19,322 nt of DNA from Candidatus Bathyarchaeota archaeon (GTDB taxonomy: Archaea > Thermoproteota > Bathyarchaeia > Bathyarchaeales > Bathycorpusculaceae): positions 1 through 19,322 of the forward strand of contig CAWEPZ010000004.1 of assembly GCA_963811105.1 (NCBI GenBank). The letters run 5' to 3'. The notes under the pieces were generated by a model. It was not told the DNA's origin, made no database searches, and worked only from the letters and a program-made list of their open reading frames with translations. Positions 1 to 7,719 of this stretch are shown one piece after another. Each line of letters opens with the position of its first letter. Positions within the stretch are counted from its first letter, which is position 1. The position numbers and the translations under genes were made by a program.

Positions 1-101
1 GACTGATTTTAGTCAAATTTTCTTGACTCAGATCTTTAGTTCAAACATTTCTTTGTAGTCTCTTTCTAACTATAGCAACAGCAATTGGGATTGCGAGTAG
101 T

Positions 102-416
102 ATGGGTAGGATTGTTAACCAAGATAACTCAGGAACAGAAGGGAGTCGGTCAGTCCATAAAGTTAAAAGCAAAACTCTTTCATTAAAGTACGTGGAAAAA
201 GACCAGCTTTACCTTACTTTGACTATGTCAGGTATTATTCTTCTTTGTTTCGGAGTGTTTTTTCTAATTACCAGTCTTTTTACTAATTTCTATTACCTCA
301 CTTTGAGCAACAATCCAGTGTTGCTTATTTCGTTCAATGTTATTGGTGGTACTATGATTACCGTCGGGCTAATCGGCTTCAAATTTTATAAAAAAGCACT
401 ACAGGAAAAAACTTAG
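102..416 (+). CDS. Hypothetical membrane protein (2 TM helices; probably extends further 5')
   Basis: Two hydrophobic stretches (LYLTLTMSGIILLCFGVFFLITSLF; VLLISFNVIGGTMITVGLIGF). The in-frame upstream sequence SLFLTIATAIGIASS is also hydrophobic, so the true start may be upstream or outside the window. Confidence 0.5.
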   Translation: MGRIVNQDNSGTEGSRSVHKVKSKTLSLKYVEKDQLYLTLTMSGIILLCFGVFFLITSLFTNFYYLTLSNNPVLLISFNVIGGTMITVGLIGFKFYKKALQEKT

Positions 417-610
417 CCAATTTGCAAAAGAATCTTGACTTAGGCTAGTCAAAGTTTCTCTTATGCAAGAAAACGATCCAAGGTCAGTCCAAATAGACTT
501 CCGACTACCTTTTTACTTCACCTCATTCCTTCTTAAATTCCTTTCATTCTTGTATTTCAGACAACATTCTCTTATCAGCGAACAAAGTCGCCTACACCAT
601 TGATTGTCAA

Positions 611-1191
611 TTAGGGAAGCGGGAATTCTGGCAGATGGCCACATAAGACGTCGCCGTGGACCTTAGCGGCAAAACCCATCCGCTGCACCGCAAACATAAA
701 CAGGATATCCGGTGTAACACATGGATTAAATTTGAAACGGTAACCGCTCTCAAAGACACATCTTTTGATTAATAGACAGCTTGTTCCCGCCATAACCCAG
801 CCGCTAAGGATCTTGCCCTCAACAGCGTTTAACGGTAAATACCAAACAGTCATGTTTTCATCTAGGAAACCCGAGAATTAAGCCTTGGCCGTTATGTCGA
901 CGCACAAACCCACAAGCAACATCAACATTTAAGCCGAGCAGCTTCTGAAAAGAACTCAGGCGGAACCTGCACATCTAACTCCACAAGCCACAAATGACTA
1001 TAATCTCCGGAGAGAAACTTTTCCACAATGAGATTTTGGCACTCCACAAGACCTGCCCACGGAAGTTTTGCTGAAGGCGGAGTAACAAAAACCTCATGGT
1101 CCACACCTTGCAAAGCAGCCTCCACATACGATAGAGTCGACGGCAAATAGCCGTGATAGCGGTCTTTTTGATTAAGGCTTGGGATGCCCAC
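611..1191 (-). CDS. GT-A fold (GT2-like) viral glycosyltransferase, ~192 aa, interrupted by two +1 insertions (~950 and ~868)
   Basis: Removing one T at each site joins ORFs 922-1191 and 611-853 into ...FLSGDYSHLWLVELDVQVPPESFQKLLGLNVDVACGFV...MAGTSCLLIKRCVF...PDILF...GF...DVLCGH, matching the phage GT2-like pattern (ExD at the DxD position). In-frame KIRVLV precedes GIPS, so the start is uncertain. Confidence 0.65.
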
Positions 1192-1469
1192 TAAGACTCT
1201 GATTTTTTGGACGCTCTCTTTTTCAACCCTTTCGAGGTCTCTAAAGGGGCTTCTAAGGGATCTGCAGGCGCCTTAACTATTTCAATTGGAATAGGCTCAA
1301 AGCTTCCAGGAACGGCAGCCACAACCGGAACAGGATCCACACGCTCAAGCCATGCTTCACCCTCGTAATTTTCAGGCAAATCTACGACGTCACCGGGCTT
1401 GTAAACTGTGCCATTTGCGTCTGCAAATTCTTGGACACTTCCCTTTCCAGTTTTCAAACGAAACTTCAC
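1191..1469 (-). CDS. Small hypothetical protein downstream of the capsid gene (possible virion accessory protein)
   Basis: GTG start at 1469 preceded by an SD-like GGTGGTGA; YKPGDVVDLP motif, Pro/acidic linker and basic tail, typical of small post-MCP phage proteins. Confidence 0.6.
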   Translation of the reverse strand: MKFRLKTGKGSVQEFADANGTVYKPGDVVDLPENYEGEAWLERVDPVPVVAAVPGSFEPIPIEIVKAPADPLEAPLETSKGLKKRASKKSES

Positions 1470-1520
1470 TCTTCTCTCACCACCCTTCAAATATTACTGG
1501 ATTTTGATACTTTTGTTTAA

Positions 1521-1543
1521 CCCCGAAAAAAACAGGGGGAAAA
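1521..1543 (-). terminator. Putative oligo-T terminator after the capsid gene
   Basis: Minus strand reads TTTTCCCCCTGTTTTTTTCGGGG about 30 nt after the MCP stop; archaeal terminators are oligo-T tracts. Confidence 0.4.
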
Positions 1544-1574
1544 TAGATTACAGATTGCAGATACTGCAGATTTC

Positions 1575-2472
1575 TTAAGTTAGCCCTGTGAGTTCGCAGA
1601 TGCTTTCTGCACGTTTTATGCGTGGTGCAACAACTTCGAAGACTTTGCATTTCAGATTCATGTCGTCGTCTTCTATGGAGCGGACGTTCATGTCGCGGCC
1701 GATGACCATTTCGAAATTGTCTTTGCCCAGTTCAAGAACTAGTGCACTTGTGGTTAAGCCGGCGCTTGTGAACAGACTATCACTGGTGTAGATGCCTGCA
1801 GGGAACAGCGGGTTTGCACCCTGTATGACATCAATCCATTTGGTAGCTGAACCCGAAACGAGGCCTCTGTAGCTTCGCATTCCAAGCAGACCGCAAAACA
1901 CAAGCATAGTTCTGCTTGTTGGTAAAGCCGTCTTCCTCAAGTTTCCCAACTGCATTGCTTAGGTCAGCTAAGGACCCTGCAGGCCAAGCTGCGCCACTAC
2001 TTTGAGTATTTCTACCTGTAGCGGTGGCTAGACCCTCAATGCCTAAAGCTTTCCATCCAACGTATTCGCCTGTGATGAGTAGTTTGTCCTCTTCCTCGGC
2101 TACTTGTCTTGCTGCATCAATTGCTTCCTGTACATCAAGCGGCTGTCCACTGGCTCGGCTTGCCTCTAGATCTCTCCAGTTGATTTTGAAATTCTGATCT
2201 AGCACCGGCACAGTAATGTCAAAGGGTGTTTTCACTGAGCGGTCCTTGGACCCGCTTTGACCGTATAGGCTGATTCTTGCTTGCCCCTTACTTGTGCGCT
2301 TGTATCCGCGCATAGTTAAGAAGCCTGCGTGAGGTAAGGTCTCAACTGGGAACAGCTTACGACCGATCAATGCAGGTTGAACAGCTTCAGTTATCCGATC
2401 CTCAATGTACATTATTTCTTCGTCAGTTAGCTGAGCAGTATCCATATTTCCAACTCTTCTTAGAGATTGCAT
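1575..2472 (-). CDS. Major capsid protein, HK97 fold, encapsulin/Linocin M18-like (~298 aa; +1 insertion at ~1869)
   Basis: ATG 2472 with SD AGGAG. Motifs LTDEE..IE...AV.P.LIGRKLFPV, VPVL...F.I.WRDLEASR..GQPLD...A..AARQVAEEEDKLL..G, GIEGL, and C-terminal FEMVIGRDM...FEVVAPRIKRAESIC match family-1 encapsulin/HK97 shells. ORFs 1831-2565 and 1575-1955 join as AKL-RGLVSGSATKWIDVI when one base is removed. Confidence 0.85.
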
Positions 2473-2483
2473 GTTTAGTTCTC

Positions 2484-2960
2484 CTATGAGGCAGCAGCCG
2501 CGTCTGCAGCAGGCATCCAGTGCACTAGAATTTTGGCGTCTGTTGTTACGTTGCTTGACTCCCAAGCGTAGCCGATTACTCTACCCTGAGCACCCATAGC
2601 GCCAACTGCTAGTTTGGCAACTTTGCCATTTGCAGCAGTGACCAGTGGGTCGCCTCGAGTAACGTTCTCGGAAGCTAAGAGAGTTAGAACGCATATGCAT
2701 TCGCCAAAAATCACGGGTACTTGATCGCCAACTGCATAAGCTTCAGTTACTTGTTTGTCAGCAACTACGTCTAGAACACCACATTCGACACTTGCTTTAG
2801 CACCAGATTCCTTCACAGTTTGGTCAACAGCATCGAAGATAACAACGCGTCCAGGCAGCATATCTGCTGGAGTAGCAGCGGCGCCAACTTCCATCTCAAT
2901 CGTCAATGGATCGCCTGCGGCGACGATTTGGTTGCTTGGTTTAACGATACCTTGCGGCAT
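2484..2960 (-). CDS. Putative capsid cement/decoration protein (158 aa)
   Basis: Directly upstream of the MCP; Ala/Gly/Val-rich beta-type sequence with V..GD.L..AANG.V and IGYA.ES motifs typical of head decoration (DUF2190-like) proteins. Confidence 0.65.
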   Translation of the reverse strand: MPQGIVKPSNQIVAAGDPLTIEMEVGAAATPADMLPGRVVIFDAVDQTVKESGAKASVECGVLDVVADKQVTEAYAVGDQVPVIFGECICVLTLLASENVTRGDPLVTAANGKVAKLAVGAMGAQGRVIGYAWESSNVTTDAKILVHWMPAADAAAAS

Positions 2961-2962
2961 GG

Positions 2963-3379
2963 TTAAGCAGCTCCCTTGCGTCTTCGGGCAGTTACTACAC
3001 TTTGGTCGCCTATTGTCAGACCTTTTTCTCGGTCAGACATGTCAGCACCATGCACGCCATAGCGGACACTGTTAATTTTGGGAGGCATTGCCTGATCCAA
3101 CGTAGCCTTGATATTTTTCAAGTCGGCGATGCTTTTGCCTGCAAGATCAGCCACTTTGAATTGGCTCTTGGGCAAAATATCACCGATTAGCTTAGACTTC
3201 TCTTGGCTTTCCAAAACCTTGTTAACCTCTTCAAGTTGTGCAGTTAAATCGCGATTTAAGCCGTTAACGCGGTCTAATTCTTGTTTTTGACTCTCGATAG
3301 TACCTAATGCTTCGTCCAGATTCATTTGCATAACTGAGTTTTTTGGTTTTTTGTCGTCCACATTTGCTTCATTTGTCAT
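2963..3379 (-). CDS. Putative capsid scaffolding protein (138 aa, coiled coil)
   Basis: Located between protease and cement/MCP; heptad-like charged helix (LDEALGTIESQKQELDRVNGLNRDLTAQLEEVNKVLESQEK); probable start MTNEAN at 3379; C-terminal KGLTIGD motif. Confidence 0.65.
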   Translation of the reverse strand: MTNEANVDDKKPKNSVMQMNLDEALGTIESQKQELDRVNGLNRDLTAQLEEVNKVLESQEKSKLIGDILPKSQFKVADLAGKSIADLKNIKATLDQAMPPKINSVRYGVHGADMSDREKGLTIGDQSVVTARRRKGAA

Positions 3380-3408
3380 GTTTTTTTCCTGCCATTTATT
3401 TCCGCGAT

Positions 3409-4327
3409 TTATAACGCCCCGTCGTGGTGGCGAGTGCCCCATCCCGCACTAGTCATAACATTTTGTCGGCCTTTCGGCATGTTACTTAGAAGCCTACGCG
3501 AGTGCTCAAGCACATCACTAGGTTGAAGAATCTCCTTAGTTTTGGCAGTTTTATCTAGGTCACCTGTGTCGCTGTTTTCTTGGACCCAAGCTTGAGCCTT
3601 CTCAGGAGTCCAGCCCTTAGACACTTCAAAGAGGTATTCTCTTGTCGCAGCGTCTCCGGATGCGAAACCGGATGGCAAGAGAGTTTTTCTTGAGTTTGCC
3701 CACTAGGGCATAGACGCCTTCCTTCGCATTTACTGCCAAGGTGCTTAGGCGGCAAGCAAACAGAGACGGATCCAAAACATTTACTCGCAGGAAACCGTCG
3801 AAACTGTCCATCTGCAGACCGCAAAAAGGTGCAGGACATCGACCCTCAGGCACCCCGACAGCTACATGACCAAACATTAGGTTCGTCTGCTTAAAATCGT
3901 AGGGCTCACCGGCAAAAGTGCCAGGAACACAGACGTCATCGCTGTAGTATGCGCAGCTCACATCCTTGGAGAGTTCGCCTTTGCGAGCCCTCTCGAGCAA
4001 GGCCTCATCGCAGAGAGTCTTCATGAAGTAGACGTTCCCAAAGACGCTGTTAGTTTTTTCATCAAAGGCAATGTCTTTGACTTTGCCCCGAATTACCGCA
4101 CGCTTCCGGACTTCAATCGTTGGAACATGGTTGTAAACCACAACCCAAGCGCCGTCTAGAGTGAATGCAGCAGCCTTCAACTCATCAGCTGGTTTGAATC
4201 CGCGGCCATTGCAATAGCTGGAGACGCATTCCCGCGCAAGAATTGTCGGAACAATAACAGCGTTTTCTGTTTCTTGAATCTTCTTGGAAGAGTCAAATTC
4301 AGTTTGAGCCAAACGAAGGTTAATCAT
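3409..4327 (-). CDS. DUF2213-type putative prohead (maturation) protease, ~305 aa (+1 insertion at ~3686)
   Basis: ATG 4327 overlaps the portal stop (ATGA), SD AGGAGG. DUF2213-like motifs ILARE.V..Y, KP.DEL, NHVP, DVSCAY, G...GEPYD..Q.....HVAV...GRC. Removing one A joins a C-terminal domain ...GVYALVGKLKK...EYLFEVSKGWTPEKAQAWV, seen on phage head proteases. Confidence 0.75.
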
Positions 4328-5678
4328 TGCTTCTTTTTCCTCCTGAAGCGTTTTGCTAGCCATAAATAAGCAGAATCCGATGATTCAGACCCAGAACCAT
4401 TGGATGCCTTTGCATCAGTGCCCGTCTGTGTACTAGGCGGAGGCTGTGGAGGCGCTTTCAAGCCTAAGACAACTTTGCCTGCACCCTCGGGTAGAGGTAA
4501 CTTGCCTTCTTCAGCTCGTATCTCATCAATAGTGCACCAGGCAGTCTGTAGGTTGTGAGCCTGGGCTAGCTGATACTCAATGGTTGCTTTCGCGACTTCG
4601 TCAAGTTCGAAGCCGGATGGCCAAACAATCTGGTAGTCGTTCACTTTGCGGATCTGGCCTGTCTCCATGAGGCGGTCAATCAGGTTCCACAGAATAGGTG
4701 TAGGTCCTGTTTCCTGCAGGGCAGCTATTCCACCCCAATATTCACGGTCATTAACTTCGCTCCCGGCAGAGTGCTCCAGCGTTGGCGCCACGTAAATGAG
4801 AAACGGGAATCCTGGCTCCGCAACTCATGCTCTCCAGTGTGGACGTAATGTAGGGCTCAGGATTGACAGCTTTGCCGTTAATGCCCTTGAAATCTAAGGT
4901 TGATTTGTCGTCATGCACAAAATGAGTGCGAGCATTTAGGGCTCTGAATTGCTGACTATTCTCAAAATCATCTAGCTGTTTTTTCTTGGCACCGTTTAGG
5001 GTAATGTCAGGGAACCCAGACCCGTACCTAACAAGAGTTTCGCCTAGAGCCCAACGTTCATTGCGATAAACTGTTGAATCGTCGTAGATCACTTCTAGGC
5101 AGGATAAGCCTTTCCAGGGATGATCCAGCAGCCGAGTAGCGCAATGAATCGCCCTAGAATAATGGAACTTCTTTTCCAGCCCCATTGTTGTTGACCGCTT
5201 AAAGGTATACAGAACAGGCAGCCCAAACCGTGGGCTATTCTCGTCTTTATCCTCGTCGGAATAACCAACACTGCAGGTAAACGAGGTGTAAGGGACGAGC
5301 TCACGGATCTCCCTAGGAGACTCGACAGGTTGGCTTGGATCGGCTCCATAATCAACATAGGTTATGGCGAGGACTGCCCAGCCGAATAAACGCTCAAAAA
5401 TAAAGAGCTGCCTTATGGCTGCCGTCGCGTTTAAGTCATCTAGGACCTTGGCAACTTCGCGACTCCACTCTGGATCAGGCTTCTCAGCGACTTCCTCAAC
5501 AGTGAAGCCCTTGCTAAACATATCATAAGGAACGTCAAAAACTAACCGTTTAGAAACCGGTTCACGTTTAACACTGAAAAGCAAATCTTGCTCATTTAAG
5601 CGGCTGCCCAAAGCGAGCCTGCCAGGTAGCGCCAGAACCACGTATTCCATATCTGTCTGCTGAATTCCCGCTAACCAT
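4324..5678 (-). CDS. Phage portal protein, DUF1073/HI1409-like, ~450 aa (+1 insertions at ~5596 and ~4769)
   Basis: Motifs ERLFGWAVL, D..SPRFGLP.LY, FH.SR.IH, G.S.LE..YD, RIPVS.L.G..AG.LAGSE.ND.EYW, YQI.WP, IDEIRA. Reconstructed start MVSGNSADRY at 5678; joins ORFs 4751-5650 and 4324-4791; first gene of the head operon. Confidence 0.8.
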
Positions 5679-5743
5679 AATCAACCGCAAAAATAAGATC
5701 AATTAACTAACCACTAATAGTTTGTTAGCCCAAACGCGATAAT

Positions 5744-5756
5744 AACGAATTTAAGC
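5744..5756 (+). promoter_or_regulatory. Putative BRE/TATA box for a leaderless HTH gene
   Basis: AACGAA-TTTAAG about 27 nt upstream of the ATG at 5782, the expected archaeal spacing for a leaderless mRNA. Confidence 0.45.
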
Positions 5757-5781
5757 ATCCGTTGGCAAAAATAGCCTTGTA

Positions 5782-5973
5782 ATGAGCTTAACAGAAAGAG
5801 AGCGCTTAATTCTGCAATTAGAAACCAAGGGCTTCAGCGACTACAAAATAGCCCGCAAAATCAACACCGACCCACCCTCAATAACGCGGTCAAGGCAAAA
5901 TGCCCACAAAAAACTCAAACAAGCCCAAACAGACCTACAATACGCCAAGCAAATAGGAATAACAATAGATTAA
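5782..5973 (+). CDS. Small HTH DNA-binding protein (LuxR/sigma-70 region 4-like), divergent from the head operon
   Basis: LTERERLILQL..KGFSDYKIARKI..DPPSITRSRQNAHKKL fits the LuxR-type HTH pattern. Confidence 0.7.
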   Translation: MSLTERERLILQLETKGFSDYKIARKINTDPPSITRSRQNAHKKLKQAQTDLQYAKQIGITID

Positions 5974-6031
5974 GCCTTGGACCCAAAACTTTTAATCAAC
6001 TTTTAATACGTGAGACGATCACTAATAAAAC

Positions 6032-6259
6032 ATGGACATCGCTCTTTTTGCGATAGGCGTATTCTGCATTATCTGGGGTTTGCCATTTTGTTTCCCATGC
6101 CAAGTTATTGCGCTTTGGGAAAAAATGTCAAAAGATAAAACAAGCCAAACAAATCAAGAGCCATACCAACACGTAAAAAGCGTGAGGACTTTTGGTTTGG
6201 CTTTCATTTCTATTGGTGTTATTCTAATACTTCTCAGCTTCGCAGGTTTTGTGAAGTGA
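6032..6259 (+). CDS. Small membrane protein (2 TM helices)
   Basis: Hydrophobic N- and C-terminal segments; TTTTAATA TATA-like box about 25 nt upstream. Confidence 0.6.
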   Translation: MDIALFAIGVFCIIWGLPFCFPCQVIALWEKMSKDKTSQTNQEPYQHVKSVRTFGLAFISIGVILILLSFAGFVK

Positions 6260-6382
6260 AGACATCAATCTTCTTGTTTTCGTCCTTGAATTAAATCGCA
6301 GAGTCAAAAAACCACAGGCACCGACTTACAATCCAGTCACTTACGAAGCTCAGCCAAAACCTCAGGATCAATACCCAGAACC

Positions 6383-6955
6383 TTAGAATTCTTCTTTTTC
6401 ATGCTCCAAAGCCCCCTCAACCTCACCAACAGAAACCTCACTTAAGGGCTCAGTATAAGACTCAAAACCAAACCGAGTCAAAGCCCAATGATGCCCACGT
6501 TTCTCAAACAGAGTTTTACCAGTCTCAAAATGCATCTTCTTATTCAACCGGACGAGCCTACGGCTAACTTCGTAATACTTCAAGTTGTAGCCATTACGCT
6601 TGTTAACCTCGGCAGCCACATCCTTGGGCAACGCTCCGTTTACCCCAACCTCAAAAAGCCTCTGAACGATCTCTTTGTCTACATCATCCATCTTAGAATG
6701 GTACTCAATTTTTTCTGGAGAATATTTTGACTCGCTAGTTCTTTCCCTTTCAACCCGTGCCCAACGCAGCTCAGTCTTGATGTCTTCAATGCCTACTAGG
6801 CAACGTTTGATGAGTTGTTGATTATATTTGTTAGTGCCGACCTTGTCGGATTGGCTGCGCTTCTTTTTGGGCTTTTCAGCCTTGTTTTTGAGTGTTTGAA
6901 CAACCTCTTGACTTAGATCCTGCTTATTTTGTTCAGTCAAGGAATTCCACTCCAT
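6383..6955 (-). CDS. Hypothetical protein with coiled coil and C-terminal winged-helix domain
   Basis: 190 aa ORF; DDVDKEIVQRL...GALPKDVAAEV...YEVSRRLVRLN...FEKRGHHWALT resembles a wHTH. Confidence 0.65.
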   Translation of the reverse strand: MEWNSLTEQNKQDLSQEVVQTLKNKAEKPKKKRSQSDKVGTNKYNQQLIKRCLVGIEDIKTELRWARVERERTSESKYSPEKIEYHSKMDDVDKEIVQRLFEVGVNGALPKDVAAEVNKRNGYNLKYYEVSRRLVRLNKKMHFETGKTLFEKRGHHWALTRFGFESYTEPLSEVSVGEVEGALEHEKEEF

Positions 6956-7382
6956 TAACGTCCATTAAAATTAGTGTCTGGCAATCTACCCTAAGCAGCA
7001 TAAGAAAACTCAAAGCCAAAAAGCATGGACTTTTCCCATAGGTACCCACCAAGCCATAAAAGGACTTTAAACAGCCTTTATTATCCAAACCCTCAAAATC
7101 TTTCCAGCTGCTGACGTCTACAAATCTCCAATTATGACTATCAAACAGATCGTTATTCTGTGAACCACATTCACGTTTACTATCTGTTCCAAGTGTTCCA
7201 TCTGTTCCGACCTTTTCACTTAACTTTTCATAATTTAGCTTTTTTTGTACCTCGTTTTTTTTCGTTCCTGAAATAGTTGTATCAGAGGTCGGAACACCTG
7301 GAACAGCTGGAACAAAAGTAACGTATCTCCATGTTGCTTGGCAGGTCCTAACATTGTTTTTCTGTTGGTAGTAGATTATCAA
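6933..7382 (-). CDS. Hypothetical ORF spanning the putative origin (doubtful as annotated)
   Basis: Fills the operon gap, but its VPAVPGVP and GTDGTLGT repeats are simply the translation of the DNA iterons. Confidence 0.3.
   Translation of the reverse strand: MIIYYQQKNNVRTCQATWRYVTFVPAVPGVPTSDTTISGTKKNEVQKKLNYEKLSEKVGTDGTLGTDSKRECGSQNNDLFDSHNWRFVDVSSWKDFEGLDNKGCLKSFYGLVGTYGKSPCFLALSFLMLLRVDCQTLILMDVNGVEFLD
7185..7314. repeat. Inverted arrays of three 9-bp repeats (TGTTCCnnn) flanking an AT-rich spacer; putative replication origin
   Basis: 7185-7211 TGTTCCAAG TGTTCCATC TGTTCCGAC; 7288-7314 GTCGGAACA CCTGGAACA GCTGGAACA; inner 11 bp is a perfect inverted repeat (TGTTCCGACCT/AGGTCGGAACA); 72-bp spacer is about 72% AT with long T runs. 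Confidence 0.8.
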
Positions 7383-7383
7383 T

Positions 7384-7719
7384 TTAATTGTAAGCCTCCC
7401 GTTGTCTGCGTCTTATCTCTCGTCTTATCTCACGGATGCGAGGGATGACAGAAAAGAAAGGAGTGACAATTCTGAGAGTTTTGTAACCTTTGGCCGCTAA
7501 GAGGATCTGGTAGTCCGTTAAATATTCAACGTGACCCTCGTTTCTAAGGTAGACCAAAAGATCTTTCAGAAGTATACTGTTCAGGTTAGCCTGGTACATA
7601 ATATGAGTGGAGAACAAAGGACCCTTCCGCAACGCACTCAAAATATCAAAGACCTGCTCTCCGGTGCCGCGTTCATGAAAATTTATGCGGCCTCGAAGCA
7701 GGTGCCGTTTATGTGACAT
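7384..7719 (-). CDS. Archaeal winged helix-turn-helix transcription regulator (HTH_45/ArnR1-like)
   Basis: R...E..FDILSAL..GP...THIMYQANLN...L..LL..L...G.V pattern; ATG 7719 with GGAGG 8 nt upstream, overlapping the end of the previous gene. Confidence 0.7.
   Translation of the reverse strand: MSHKRHLLRGRINFHERGTGEQVFDILSALRKGPLFSTHIMYQANLNSILLKDLLVYLRNEGHVEYLTDYQILLAAKGYKTLRIVTPFFSVIPRIREIRREIRRRQREAYN

Noticed and set aside
1544-1572. Short degenerate tandem repeat (ATCTGCA-like, four units) after the MCP stop
   Set aside because: Too short and degenerate to assign a function.
1575-2472. Stand-alone host encapsulin nanocompartment with enzyme cargo
   Set aside because: No ferritin-like, DyP or other cargo enzyme nearby; neighbours are portal, protease, scaffold and cement genes.
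2473-2565. N-terminal extensions given by the ORF track (MCP from 2565, scaffold from 3442, protease from 4363, RHH from 11029)
   Set aside because: They overlap upstream genes; downstream starts have SD motifs and/or stop-start coupling.
7185-7314. CRISPR mini-array or transposon terminal inverted repeats
   Set aside because: Repeat units are 9 bp without spacers; no transposase or target-site duplication. No CRISPR array was seen anywhere in the window.
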